Source of the DNA: Trypanosoma brucei
Lineage: Eukaryota
Reading direction: 5' to 3'
DNA: 64,000 nucleotides
Assembly: GCA_000002445.1 (NCBI GenBank)
Contig: CP000070.1
Span: 864,001-928,000 of the forward strand
Both the position numbers and the translations under genes were made by a program. Positions within the stretch are counted from its first letter, which is position 1; each line of letters starts with the position of its first letter. The notes below the pieces were generated by a model that saw only the letters and a program-made list of their open reading frames with translations, did not search any database and had not been told where the DNA came from. Positions 19,775 through 30,684 of the stretch are shown in pieces.

Positions 19775-20956
19775 TCACGAAGGCACGTCCGTCAGCTGAA
19801 ACAGTGGGTGTTCTGGTCCAACATAATCTCGAACGGACGAAAGAGCTACAGCGCCAAACGGCACACCGAATGCATGAAGCTTCAACGCCTCCGTGAGGCA
19901 GCGCTCCAGGTCACCCGAAAGAAACAAGGTCACAACAAGGGCACAACGGTGATCGTGCTTGTGCGGATCGTCCGCGAGAATTGACCGTAGTCTCTTTTCA
20001 CTACATACATCGCCTTTCCACTTAATTGTCAAAGAGTGCATCATTCGTTGCGTGGCACATACGCGCGCAGCGTCGCTTTCAAATTCCACGCAAAACTCCT
20101 CGTAGTCTCCCCGCAACCGTTGCAAGTGGTCGTCTGCACACCTTCCCTGGACCAGGATAGCAAGACTCACCCATGCGAGGCACATTGCTGTGCTTCCCCT
20201 CAGTCTGGTATCACTTCCACAGTTTGAAGACATTGCATCTAGAGTGCCAAGCGCGCGGCCAAAGATTTTCTCTGCATACTCCGCCCGGCCCGTCGTCATC
20301 AAACGCTTGCCCATCTCAATCAACCGAGCGATGTCTACTGTCATTCGCTGTCCGACAACTGAAGCCGTATCAACTGCGTCGTCTTGCACTGGCTGTTGCG
20401 GGGATAACGGAAGTGATGATACTACGGCAATACTGTCACCACGTTGGTACGAAGCCAGGCGTTGGCATACCAACGCCACCTCAGAAACCAGATTCGCAAG
20501 TGGCTGGTGTAGCATGTCCGCAATCTCTCCCCTGTACACAATGAGAAGGAGCGGCGTCCCCTTTTCCTTGCCCAGCTGCGTTCTGGCGGCACCGAAGGCG
20601 TCATCGCTACAATTCCACAGGTGCAATCCCAACCTCGTGCCAAACTCGGTAGCGGCGGCCTTAACAACCCGTTCAAAAGCGATCAAATCTGCTGCAGTGA
20701 CTGCATCAACATCCGCCTCGTAGCACAGTAGCAGGTGATCAAAACTACTGGAGGTGAAAATAGACTGAAAACTATCTACGCTGTCAACTACGGACACGCA
20801 GAATTCGCCTAACGATGCCATAAAGTGCCTCAAAAGCAAATAAGCGAGGGTACGCATGTGCACGTAATTTTTGTTCCACAGTAAAATGGAGTATGGGAAA
20901 AGCGCAGTGAAGAAGGCAGTCATACACTGTTGTGTAAAAAAAGCACGTAGAAACAT
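19775..20956 (-). CDS. Hypothetical protein. It may combine a thioredoxin-like fold without a CxxC motif and a helical C-terminal half. The start codon is uncertain.
   Basis: A long ORF on the same strand as its neighbours with typical coding composition. No motif I can name with confidence. Confidence 0.55.
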   Translation of the reverse strand: MFLRAFFTQQCMTAFFTALFPYSILLWNKNYVHMRTLAYLLLRHFMASLGEFCVSVVDSVDSFQSIFTSSSFDHLLLCYEADVDAVTAADLIAFERVVKAAATEFGTRLGLHLWNCSDDAFGAARTQLGKEKGTPLLLIVYRGEIADMLHQPLANLVSEVALVCQRLASYQRGDSIAVVSSLPLSPQQPVQDDAVDTASVVGQRMTVDIARLIEMGKRLMTTGRAEYAEKIFGRALGTLDAMSSNCGSDTRLRGSTAMCLAWVSLAILVQGRCADDHLQRLRGDYEEFCVEFESDAARVCATQRMMHSLTIKWKGDVCSEKRLRSILADDPHKHDHRCALVVTLFLSGDLERCLTEALKLHAFGVPFGAVALSSVRDYVGPEHPLFQLTDVPS

Positions 20957-21080
20957 ATTGAAACTGAGGTGTGGTCCGAAATCACGGCAAACAGTAGCAA
21001 CTGCGTACTAACGTACTGCAACCGGGTATCCAGCCGTTTTCCTTTTCTGACTTTGTAAGGGAAGCATTATTTTACATGGG

Positions 21081-22394
21081 TCATGTTGGTGCATCCGCCA
21101 TACAATCGATCACCTCGTCTGGCAAACCCAACCGCATGTTGAGCACCGGATCCGGCTCTTCTGGAGCAATTGGGGCACCCCTTCCCCCACAGTAGGAAAG
21201 AGAGGTCCCCTCAAGGTTACAACCAGGGACTACCTCACAGTGAGGCTCGTCATGGCTCCACGTGCCACGGAAAACGCGGCCATCCCGTGTTTTGATTTCA
21301 CCCACACCATGTCTCCTGTCATCTAGCCAGTCACCAGAGTACTCAACTTCCCCGCATTGGTACACACCTCGTCCGCAACGCTTACCGCCTCGAAACTCAC
21401 CCTTGTAGCTACATTTTTTGTCTTGGGAAACAAACTCACCATCGCCATCGTATAGTCCCCTACACCAGGAACCCTTATACATGGACCCGTCGGCGTATGT
21501 GCATTTCCCGATGCCATGAACAGCACCACTGCTCCACCCTCCTTCGTACTGAAGCAACTTACTTGTATATGTCCCCGTGCCGTGCTTCCGTCCGTTACAC
21601 CAATCTCCGGTATAAACATCCCCATTGTAGTAGGTCATCGTTCCACGGCCGTGCTCATAGCCGTTTCGCCACTGGCCTTCGTACCTAGCCCCGTTAGTAT
21701 AGAAAAATGTTCCCGAGCCTTCGTACACGCCATTCACCCAATCGCCTTTATACGCATATCCCTCACGGTACAGGTACTCTCCGTATCCCCGTATTTGGCC
21801 GTCAACAAAATCGCCAATATACAGCCCTTCAGGTTCCGCCAGCTCGCCCCGACCATGCCATTTTCCGGCCAGCCACTTCCCGCTGTAAAGTGTTCCAAAG
21901 TTAGGGCTGCAGCACATGCCATTACCATTGCGCACTCCGAAGAACCATTCACCCTCGTAAATATCGTTATCTGCCACTCGGCGCATGACGCCCGTCCCGT
22001 GCATTCGGCAACTTTTCCAATTGCCTTCATACATATCGCCGTTGTCAAAAGTAATGGATTGATACCCTTCTGGACTCATTGCCTTCAATCGTTCACGTAC
22101 AACAATGAGCAGTTCGTCAAGAAGAGCCTGTGTGCGCTCAGATGCACGCTGCTCCACTAACTGCAGCTCCTCTCGCCGCTCATTCTGCTTTCGCAGCAGG
22201 TGTCTTAGCGACTTCTTGAAGTTCAAACATTCTATATGACCAGCCTCACGCTCTCTAAATGTCCTCTCAACTTCCTCCTGTGCTTCCAGCGACTGCCGCA
22301 GTATCTCTATCCCGCCCTTAGGGAATGTTGGGGGGTTCACGGACGGACAGGAACTCCACATCGGCACTAGGCCGATTCCTGATCCCAAAGCCAT
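21081..22394 (-). CDS. MORN-repeat protein with an N-terminal coiled coil.
   Basis: At least 10 tandem Y-x-G-x-W/F-x-x-G-x-x-H-G-x-G MORN units (YEGEWFFGVRNGNG, YSGKWLAGKWHGRG, YKGDWVNGVYEGSG, YEGQWRNGYEHGRG, YTGDWCNGRKHGTG and others). Confidence 0.85.
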   Translation of the reverse strand: MALGSGIGLVPMWSSCPSVNPPTFPKGGIEILRQSLEAQEEVERTFREREAGHIECLNFKKSLRHLLRKQNERREELQLVEQRASERTQALLDELLIVVRERLKAMSPEGYQSITFDNGDMYEGNWKSCRMHGTGVMRRVADNDIYEGEWFFGVRNGNGMCCSPNFGTLYSGKWLAGKWHGRGELAEPEGLYIGDFVDGQIRGYGEYLYREGYAYKGDWVNGVYEGSGTFFYTNGARYEGQWRNGYEHGRGTMTYYNGDVYTGDWCNGRKHGTGTYTSKLLQYEGGWSSGAVHGIGKCTYADGSMYKGSWCRGLYDGDGEFVSQDKKCSYKGEFRGGKRCGRGVYQCGEVEYSGDWLDDRRHGVGEIKTRDGRVFRGTWSHDEPHCEVVPGCNLEGTSLSYCGGRGAPIAPEEPDPVLNMRLGLPDEVIDCMADAPT

Positions 22395-22749
22395 TGTGTG
22401 CGGACCTTTTTACCTTTGGACCCTGGAGACAAACAAGCAAAGCTGGCGCAGCCTAAGCGGCAGGAAGCACCAATAGGACCTCTACCCAGGCAGCAATGTA
22501 GGGAAAGTCAAACACAGCGACAGGTGAACGACACGGAAGCCGCCCCTCAGACAGTGTGATCAACGTCTTCGATTACACAAAGAGGGAGAAAGTATGGAAA
22601 TAGGAAAAAGGGAGGAAGTAAAGATAGTTTATAAAACAGTAAAAGTGGGGTGGAAGCTGTAAGGTCAACAGCGGATGCGCACGGAGATCGAATGGAAGCT
22701 CTTCTGTCAGCTCCAACACGCATACATACCTAAAACAGCATAGACCCAT

Positions 22750-23199
22750 CTATTTGCCACGCATCTGCATCATGACGCTCTTAAATTCTTCAAACGACAC
22801 TTCGCCATCGCCATCTTCATCTGCTTCGGCAATCATCTCTTGCAGCACGTCATCGCCGGGGTTTTCTCCAAGGAGCTTAGCCACCTCCTTCAGGTTTGCA
22901 AACGAGATTTTCCCCTTTTTGTCCAAGTCGAATAACTGGAACGCCTTTAACACTTCCTCTGGGGAGTCCTTCTGTGCCATCCGTGACTTGACCATCCGCT
23001 CAAACTCCCCATATTCAATGAGACCATTGGCATTGGTGTTCATCGACCGTACAGTCCGTTCCACTTCATCCCTTGGAAGGTCTCCGAAACCCAAACCCTT
23101 CATTGCCAGTGCCATTTCCTCCGCGTCGATAGCTCCGGAGCCGTCCGCATCGAAGAGATTAAACGCTTCACGGATCTGTTCATCAGTAAGCGCCGCCAT
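22750..23199 (-). CDS. Centrin or calmodulin-like protein with four EF hands. Probably the centrin at this trypanosome locus.
   Basis: The protein is 149 aa. The four loops are [38 protein letters not shown] and [13 protein letters not shown]. The N-terminus [14 protein letters not shown] is centrin-like. Confidence 0.85.
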   Translation of the reverse strand: MAALTDEQIREAFNLFDADGSGAIDAEEMALAMKGLGFGDLPRDEVERTVRSMNTNANGLIEYGEFERMVKSRMAQKDSPEEVLKAFQLFDLDKKGKISFANLKEVAKLLGENPGDDVLQEMIAEADEDGDGEVSFEEFKSVMMQMRGK

Positions 23200-24760
23200 T
23201 GTGGCAAAACAAGCTCGGGCCCTGTTACTGATTATTTCGTTAACAGTGGTGTCCCCTTAAGCGCACACAGCTGCAGAAGTGAATATCTACTTCCTTGGAG
23301 AAATGTAGCTCACTAAGATGAAGCACCAAGAAGCAGAAGATAAATCAACGGTTCATATAAGGGAAGGAGAGTACAGCTCCACCACCCACCAGCAACCTAG
23401 CGTAAGTACATATAACCGGATAATGGTATGTGGTACGAAAAAAACAAACCCCACACATACAATTGTACCTACTTGGACGACACCAAATGAGGTTAAACCA
23501 ACCACATGGAAAAAAAAGGCACAGCATGCCCAACTTCTTCGCAGCCGAGTACCCTAACACCACAACGGTTCAACAACACCCTGCCATCCCACACTTATCC
23601 TTTTCTTCTCGTTGCACGCCTGTCAAGGGTTCACCTGATGCTTCCGTTTCAAAACGACATGGCGGCTACAGAAAGTCACTAATAATTCACCAGAGATAGC
23701 AGATGCGTAAGCAATGGACTTCACTAAACAACACACAAATTAGTGAGAAACGCAAAATACCCTGTCCGCACCCCACACACACCACGCATGAACGCAAACA
23801 AACTGACGATGCTAAATCCCGGAGACATACAAGTTGGAAATATAAGCGGAAAAAGAAGCACTCGATAAAACGCACAAAGGATAAACCAATCCCCGCACGA
23901 GCGGTTTGCGATCGCATACCCACACCTCCGGAAACGAGGACCACAGATAATGTACGCTAGCACCGGCTTCAAGAAAAGTAGCGGAAGCAGCAACTTGACA
24001 TCAGGGAGTGAATTGGTGCCAAACCATGTTTGCACTCCTATCCCAAGGCACCGCAGTACAGCAAACAAACATCAAATGACCACATACAGGCAACGCTTCC
24101 CGGGGGTCCGTCGGACCGAGATGAGATAACACAAAGCAGACCGGGGGGGGGGGGTTCTGCCTTCCTTTTGAGGGGCGCTTGACAACATCATTCACAGCGG
24201 CTGCCAGTTGCGTGGTCGGGGGTAGAGCGTGGTCTATAATTGCTCAGTTGTCAACCGGGCTCGGAGACCTACCATCACTGAAGGCAGTGTCTCAGTCGGC
24301 CCGCAGCCACCGTCCACAAGCATGCGCTGCACCGCTCAACGGCAGCAAGCTACACCAAATAACCTCCATTGATAACTATTGTACGACCCCACACCATCGG
24401 GAGCCCACACCTCCTCTCAACATCCCTGTCCCACTTTTGCTAACAAACAACAAAACAAAGGGGGAACAAGACTTTACCCATATAACACAACGACCCTAAA
24501 TTTTGGCTCTCACCCCCGGTATTCCCAGCAGTGAGTAGCTCTGTGGATGTCACTTAAGCACAGCCTTTACAATGACAACCTCCATTTATTTCACACACTC
24601 ACCAACACCCCCGCACATACCCGTACGTCATGCAGATTACTTTTTCGGGTGCTTCAGCAAAAGTGCAAGACACGAGGCACGTATTGATTATAACAGGAGC
24701 ATTTTTTCCCTCCAGTTCTCAGATAATTTTACATACGCAGCCGCAGCGCTACCACAATTC

Positions 24761-25099
24761 TCAAACAACATCCAACAGCGTGACCTCAAACACAATGACA
24801 GTGTTAGGAGGAATTATGCCAGGGAAACCAGTTGACCCAAAGGCCAGTGATGGAGGCATGGTGAGCCGACTGCGCTCACCCTTTGACATCTGCACAATTC
24901 CCTCGTCCCAGCCTTTGATGACCTCTCCGCATCCAACACGGAAAACAAACGGCTTCCCCCTTTCAATAGTGGAGTCGAACTTTCGACCATCAGGCAGATA
25001 TCCAACATAGTCCAGTGTCACGATACTCCCCTGACGCGGTATCGTTTTGCCATCGCCCTCAATGATCTTGTCCATCATAACGCAGTCATTTCGCGACAT
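24761..25099 (-). CDS. FKBP12-type peptidyl-prolyl cis-trans isomerase. The true start is probably Met8 or Met9 of the ORF.
   Basis: GDGKTIPRQGSIVTLDYVGYLPDGRKFDSTIERGKPFVFRVGCGEVIKGWDEGIVQMSKGERSRLTMPPSLAFGSTGFPGIIPPNTVIVFEVTLLDV aligns along its whole length with human FKBP1A. Confidence 0.9.
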   Translation of the reverse strand: MSRNDCVMMDKIIEGDGKTIPRQGSIVTLDYVGYLPDGRKFDSTIERGKPFVFRVGCGEVIKGWDEGIVQMSKGERSRLTMPPSLAFGSTGFPGIIPPNTVIVFEVTLLDVV

Positions 25100-26291
25100 T
25101 TCCGCCCTACCGATTGGTTTGCTTCAGCTCTAGGTAAATAAAGTCCACTTCAAAGACTTGTTAGTCTTCCCTATAATCGTTTTGTTTCTAGATTTCCTCC
25201 TTTGGAGGCAAATTACCTCACCTGACGATTGCTCTCCCTCTCTCTTTCTCTCTATTCGAAAAGAATTCGATTTGTAGCCTAATGCACTACTCTGTTATTG
25301 CCTTTTACTTTATTCTATAAAGGCGATGGGGCTTCTTGCTTTGTTCCACGCAAACTACGAATCAATAACAAGTGACTAGGTAGAGGGAGGGTGAGTTGTT
25401 TGCATTGGAACGCTCTTCGTTTCAATGCATGCAAAGAAACACTCTGGGAACTGTTTACTTGCCCCTCCAACGCTGTGAACACCCATTCGCCTACGACTCT
25501 GCGTCGAACAGACGTAAAAATTGCATTATATCCGAGGAACGGCAGATACCCATCGGGGTGCAAAGGTGCGCCATTTTTTCATGAATACACGGTACGGAGC
25601 TTTAAAAAAGGGTCATTGCTCCAGCAGGAATGGAGTCTTATCATCACCAGCCAAGTAGTTAACACGATGAACACGTTAACGAAGAAGAGATTTTAAAATA
25701 TAATAAGTAGGGAAAGTGTTCAGTTGAATATTCACCTGAACGGTGGCTCCAATCGATACGGCCGACAGTTTGCACACAGTTAGATAGAGTCCCACACCGG
25801 AGGTGCGAACCATAGCGTTAGGCCCTTTTTTTTTAGAAAAGGGGTTTAACTCTCGTGTGGTAAGCTCAATAGTCCTGCCAAACGAGTAAGTGGGAGTAAC
25901 TTCCCAATCAAACCAATCCGGTGGATCAAACAACCTACTGTCAGAATAGATATCCATCTCTGATGAAACCAGCTCCTGCAAGGTGAAGAATCACTAAAAC
26001 CTCGGTGGTCAAAGTGATCACTTCGGGCATTGCAGTATTTCGTAGGACTTCCCGCAGACCTCACGTTAGTAGGGGATATTGTTCCCTGCCACGAAGCAAA
26101 CCAAGCAAATTCTGCAAATGCACCCAGTTAACTAAAGGGAAACGTAAAACAACAGTAGTCTCCACCAAAGACAATGCTTATGGGTGAACGATCCATAAGA
26201 AGGCATACCACTCACATAAACAGGTAACGGAGGCAAAACGAATCCCAAAATATATTTATATATATTTGAAAATATCGCGTACGCACCGCCA

Positions 26292-27008
26292 CTAATAACG
26301 AGGAGACAGAATGTCAAGAACCTCCTTGCCTGGCATCGTGTGCAAAGCCCGCTCCCCTGACAACGCACGTTCCGTGTCCTCAAGCTTATCACCACTACTC
26401 TGACCGCATTCTGTAATCCACGCTCGACTAACCGGCGTACCACAGCTGGAGCCAGATAAAACGGCGACACGGTCAACCACTTCCCATCCATCGATAACCT
26501 GTCCGCAAACAACAAATTTGCCATCTAAATGGTCATTCCGTGCTAAGTTGAAAAAAAACTGTGAACCGTTTTGATTGGGGGCGCTGTGCGCCATTGCCAC
26601 CGTTCCTCGAAGATGTTTCCCTGCCTTACCCTCAAAACTCTCGTCCGGGAATGGAAATCCGAACACACTAACATTTCCTCGTCCATCCTTCAGCAAAATA
26701 TCACCCCCTTGCACGATAAACCCAGGGATGACACGATGAAATGGAATACCTTTGTAAAACAAGGGGCATTGGCTGTAACCTCGCTCACCAGTGCATAGTG
26801 AACGAAAATTTTCGGTTGTCTTGGGAACGATGTCGTGGAAAAGCTCAACACTCACACGGCCGAGTGCATCTCCCTCCACGGTGACGTCCATGAAAACCAC
26901 GGGGTTCACCTCATCTCGTTCGTACGGTACGAAATACTGCAGTATCCTCCCGTTAATTAGCTGTGCTAAACGCGTACGATGTAGCATTAACACTAGCAAC
27001 GCGACCAA
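26292..27008 (-). CDS. Cyclophilin-type peptidyl-prolyl cis-trans isomerase with N- and C-terminal extensions.
   Basis: NPVVFMDVTVEGDALGRVSVELFHDIVPKTTENFRSLCTGERG, HRVIPGFIVQGGD, GKHLRGTVAMAHSAPNQNGSQFFF and VCGQVIDGWEVVDRV are canonical cyclophilin blocks. Confidence 0.9.
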   Translation of the reverse strand: MVALLVLMLHRTRLAQLINGRILQYFVPYERDEVNPVVFMDVTVEGDALGRVSVELFHDIVPKTTENFRSLCTGERGYSQCPLFYKGIPFHRVIPGFIVQGGDILLKDGRGNVSVFGFPFPDESFEGKAGKHLRGTVAMAHSAPNQNGSQFFFNLARNDHLDGKFVVCGQVIDGWEVVDRVAVLSGSSCGTPVSRAWITECGQSSGDKLEDTERALSGERALHTMPGKEVLDILSPRY

Positions 27009-27471
27009 CTACCGATAATACGCTACCTTACCCTTTCTTTAACAGTTAAAAGAAAATAAGCCGCGCGAACACACAAATCAAATATGATAAGTTACCTAAA
27101 GACTCTAAAGGAAACATTGCGACTGCTTCGCGCTGGGAGCAGTAAAGACCACGAATCACCTTGTGCTTGTGTACAAGTTGTTTCTCTTTAATCTCCTACT
27201 TCATCCCTATATCGCACAACGTGGTAGTGCAAATATATGCTCACATGTTTCCTATTAACCTTGAATCCACCCTCAGGCGGACCAGCTTCTTTTCTTTGTT
27301 ACCCAATCAGTTTTGACGTACACATACCATATACAGGAAAAGGGATAAAGCTGCCTCAAACCTACTAAACCCGGAACAGGGCGTGCGCTCGGTTGAACAC
27401 GCAGCGATTCCCCCACAAAGATATAAACATTCGTGTTCACAACACCATATATGTACGGAATATCCAAGTTT

Positions 27472-28212
27472 TTAGCACCCGCAACCTGCCTTTTGCTTCG
27501 GTGGCGGTGGGCGCTGAGCCTCCGCCCTCGCTCTCGCTTCCGCTTCTGCCCTTGCTCTTGCTTCTGCCTCTGCCCTTGCTCTCGCTTCTGCCTCTGCCCT
27601 TGCTCTTGCTTCTGCCTCTGCCCTTGCTTCCGCTTCTGCCTCTGCCCTTGCTCTTGCTTCCGCTTCTGCCTCAGCTTCCGCGTCGGCTTCGGGGTTGGCC
27701 TCATCCTCCACGATGGGCTCGCCCTCAACCTCAATTTTCCGTCGCATGTATTCCCTCCTTATTTCTCTCATAGCCTCTCTCCCTTCTTCACCATACAGCG
27801 CATCCATAAACTCATCCACTGACACGTATCCCCGGTTATCCGAGTCCAGTGCGTTAAAAAGCGCATCGACCTCTTCAACACTGAGTGTGTCTTGAGTGGA
27901 ACCAACCTTTCCAGCGGTTTCCTGAAGTGTGGCGCGGGTAAAAATGCCATCAGGGGCGAGGGCAACAAGGTGCTTCGCCATTGCGTATGCGTCCCGAATG
28001 TGCTCACTCTCTTCACACATCAGCAAAAATTCATCTTCTGTTAGCAAGCCTGGAAACTGGCCTCGACGCGCGACATCCTCCACAGCCGACAACTTAAATA
28101 AGAATCCAGATTCCAAACCGGCAACAAGGGCTATAGATGGAGGGACAACTTTGTTTCCATCTCTCCTCTTGAAGTGCCGCTTTTCGAATGCAACATCTGG
28201 AGGGCAGAGCAT
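27472..28212 (-). CDS. EF-hand protein with a C-terminal (ARARAEAE)n octapeptide repeat tail. Tandem copy 1. Possibly the trypanosome I/6-autoantigen-type cytoskeletal Ca-binding protein.
   Basis: EF-hand loop ALDSDNRGYVSVDEFMDAL. The tail ends with about 10 x 24-bp repeats (27520-27690). Start chosen at MLCPPDVAFEK. The ORF-track extension to 28329 reads through conserved upstream sequence. The I/6 suggestion comes from recalled locus order only. Confidence 0.65.
   Translation of the reverse strand: MLCPPDVAFEKRHFKRRDGNKVVPPSIALVAGLESGFLFKLSAVEDVARRGQFPGLLTEDEFLLMCEESEHIRDAYAMAKHLVALAPDGIFTRATLQETAGKVGSTQDTLSVEEVDALFNALDSDNRGYVSVDEFMDALYGEEGREAMREIRREYMRRKIEVEGEPIVEDEANPEADAEAEAEAEARARAEAEAEARAEAEARARAEAEARARAEAEARARAEAEARARAEAQRPPPPKQKAGCGC
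27520..27690 (-). repeat. 24-bp coding microsatellite-like repeat (gcctctgcccttgctcttgcttct family) encoding (ARARAEAE)n.
   Basis: Seen directly in the sequence. It is absent from the downstream paralogue. Confidence 0.85.
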
Positions 28213-28521
28213 TATCTTGAATAAGGTAACAACAACTTTGAATATGTAAGGTTCTTCACCTACATGGACGGGGGAATTTAAAAGGAATGAAACGTAACTG
28301 CAGCATGGCGGGTAACGACAAGTACGCAACCCACGTAGAATTTTGAAGGAAATACTAACATGTGAGTTTGGGAAAGAATCAGCATATCGAAGACATTTGT
28401 ATTAAGCACATATGATAAAGCGAGCGACTGCAAATTTATTCCCGTCCCCTCACTTTCTAGGATAAAAGATTTAACAAATTCATCTGAATTTCTGTTGCCT
28501 GTCCACCCATTCCAGATCCGT

Positions 28522-29109
28522 TCACAACTCTGCCTCTTCATCTGCTTCCGCCTCCTCGTCCGCTTCTGCATCCACTTCCGCATCAGCTTCAGGGTTGGCC
28601 TCATCCTCCACGACGGGCTCGGTCTCAGCCTCAATTTTCCGTCGCATGTATTCCCTCCTTATTTCTCTCATAGCCTCTCTCCCTTCTTCACCATACAGCG
28701 CATCCATAAACTCATCCACTGACACGTATCCCCGGTTACCCAAGTCCAGTGCGTTAAAAAGCGCATCGACCTCTTCAACACTGAGTGTGTCTTGAGTGGA
28801 ACCAACCTTTCCAGCGGTTTCCTGAAGTGTGGCGCGGGTAAAAATGCCATCAGGGGCGAGGGCAACAAGGTGCTTCGCCATTGCGTATGCGTCCCGAATG
28901 TGCTCACTCTCTTCACACATCAGCAAAAATTCATCTTTTGTTAGCAAGCCTGGAAACTGGCCTCGACGCGCGACATCCTCCACAGCCGACAACTTAAATA
29001 AGAATCCAGATTCCAAACCGGTGCCAAGGGCTATAGATGGAGGAGTAACCTTGTTTCCGCTCCTCTTGAAGCACCGCTTTTCGAATGCAACATCTGGAGG
29101 GCAGAGCAT
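28522..29109 (-). CDS. EF-hand protein, tandem copy 2. It is a paralogue of 27472..28212 with a different acidic tail (EADAEVDAEADEEAEADEEAEL).
   Basis: The N-terminal ~180 aa are nearly identical to copy 1 (same EF-hand loop, and the same upstream block YPPCCSYVSFLLNSPVHVGEEPYIFKVVVTLFKI). The duplication offset is 1050 bp. Confidence 0.65.
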   Translation of the reverse strand: MLCPPDVAFEKRCFKRSGNKVTPPSIALGTGLESGFLFKLSAVEDVARRGQFPGLLTKDEFLLMCEESEHIRDAYAMAKHLVALAPDGIFTRATLQETAGKVGSTQDTLSVEEVDALFNALDLGNRGYVSVDEFMDALYGEEGREAMREIRREYMRRKIEAETEPVVEDEANPEADAEVDAEADEEAEADEEAEL

Positions 29110-29319
29110 TATCTTGAATAAGGTAACAACAACTTTGAATATGTAAGGTTCTTCACCTACATGGACGGGGGAATTTAAAAGGAATGAAACGTAACTGCAG
29201 CATGGCGGGTAGCAAGTATGTGGCTTGTAAAAACCTAAACTGGGTATAGGGGAAAGCAATACATATATACTGAGTTTCCCGTATTCCGCAAACTCTCACA
29301 ATGTGGGCCTTGCTTGATA

Positions 29320-30684
29320 TCATAACCTCTCCATCGATCTCGATGTGGAAATAAAAGATCCCAGGTCCCCAACCCGTCGAAATACAGACCCCATTTCATT
29401 GTTCCGTGGATCCATCTTACTGGGATATAGCTTATTTTTGAACTCCACCCAATCAAACTCGTTGCTGAACCCCTTTCCACTTCCACTAAGCAACCCCCGC
29501 GACTGTTGTGAAGGAAGGTGAGACCGACTCTCTCTTAAAGAACGCGGCACCTGTTTATAGACGGATGGCTGCTCTTCACGTAATGCCTGCAATTTGTTCG
29601 CTAGTTTTTCAAGATGTTCGTTTCCAACATACAAAGTGAGACCATCCTTCACGATCGCCTCAGCTTTCTCAAAGTCATCTTGATATGCTGCCGCCGCCGC
29701 CCATCCCACGTAACCCCTTGCGCAAGCGGTGCTCGTTGGCTTCACCTGTGGCTGCAGCAACGCCGCCTCTCTCCCGTTGTACTCTGCACCTTTGAAGTCA
29801 GCATTTAACAGTGAAGCAAATGAGATATTAGCGTGAGTAGTGGCCTGGGAATCAGGATCATGACAAAACATTAAGGCGTCAGCTAGCACGGATGCTGCAT
29901 CGCTATAGTTACCAGCATTAATGCACCCTTCTGAAATGGTCGTGAGCAGAAGAATTAGGCTTCTTTCATCATCTGCCGTCGTCTCAGCGGGGGACACTGT
30001 GGCCCCGATAAATGTACCTAAACTTTCGCTGATCTCCACTTGATGTTGTTCAGGCAAGCATTTTTCGCATTCCCCTAATACAGAAAGTGACCCTTCGAAA
30101 CGACTCCTCGCCAGCCGCCGGTGAGGCGTGCTCCCACCCTTTTCAACATAAGACTTATAATCAAACAGATCGTCTAGAAACCGGTCTTTTAAAACGGGGT
30201 TGGATAGTACGGATCTGAGACCAACAGGGGATATCTTAACCCCAAGTTGCTCCTCGAATTTTTTCATCGGAACGAGGAGAGGAGCAATACTGGGTTGCAA
30301 CGTCTTGTATCCACGTGCTGATTCAACCTCTGGGTACACTTCCACAGCTTTAAAGAAATCGTTAGAAGCGTTGACAAGCTCGCTAAGGGGATCTTTTATG
30401 TAGCAACGAAGCCACTCCTCCACCTCAACAGGTACGTGTTCCTGTTGATACGTTGAAAGAAATTCGTGTAGCCGGAATGGCACCTCCATACCAGTAGGAA
30501 AACACCCCAGTGTCCACCAGTACTTCATAGTGTACGGTCCTGGGCCGTGTGGACCCGGGAAGCGGTAAAGGTACAACGTTGGGTTCAGTGTCATATGTTT
30601 CTGATGTTTCGATCCTGGGCTCCATCCGCCCCTTTGGTAATTCTTACATGAAACACTCCGGAAAAGCATCTGAGGAGTCCTCAA
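29320..30684 (-). CDS. Hypothetical protein (454 aa). The C-terminal half is helical and possibly TPR-like.
   Basis: A long same-strand ORF with coding-like composition. No recognisable catalytic motif. Confidence 0.55.
   Translation of the reverse strand: MRTPQMLFRSVSCKNYQRGGWSPGSKHQKHMTLNPTLYLYRFPGPHGPGPYTMKYWWTLGCFPTGMEVPFRLHEFLSTYQQEHVPVEVEEWLRCYIKDPLSELVNASNDFFKAVEVYPEVESARGYKTLQPSIAPLLVPMKKFEEQLGVKISPVGLRSVLSNPVLKDRFLDDLFDYKSYVEKGGSTPHRRLARSRFEGSLSVLGECEKCLPEQHQVEISESLGTFIGATVSPAETTADDERSLILLLTTISEGCINAGNYSDAASVLADALMFCHDPDSQATTHANISFASLLNADFKGAEYNGREAALLQPQVKPTSTACARGYVGWAAAAAYQDDFEKAEAIVKDGLTLYVGNEHLEKLANKLQALREEQPSVYKQVPRSLRESRSHLPSQQSRGLLSGSGKGFSNEFDWVEFKNKLYPSKMDPRNNEMGSVFRRVGDLGSFISTSRSMERL

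Noticed and set aside
21516-22160. Plus-strand 214-aa ORF
   Set aside because: It is antisense to the MORN-repeat gene. The periodic MORN codons leave the opposite strand open.
22750-23199. Calmodulin rather than centrin for the 149-aa 4-EF-hand protein
   Set aside because: The length fits both. The N-terminal [14 protein letters not shown] motif and divergent loops 2 and 3 fit centrins better than the highly conserved calmodulin sequence. I kept the dual wording in the call.
28213-28329. Upstream extensions of both EF-hand paralogue ORFs (and 29110..29259)
   Set aside because: An identical non-coding-looking block (C/Y/S/F-rich) precedes both copies. It is better read as duplicated 5' flank, although the true start remains uncertain.
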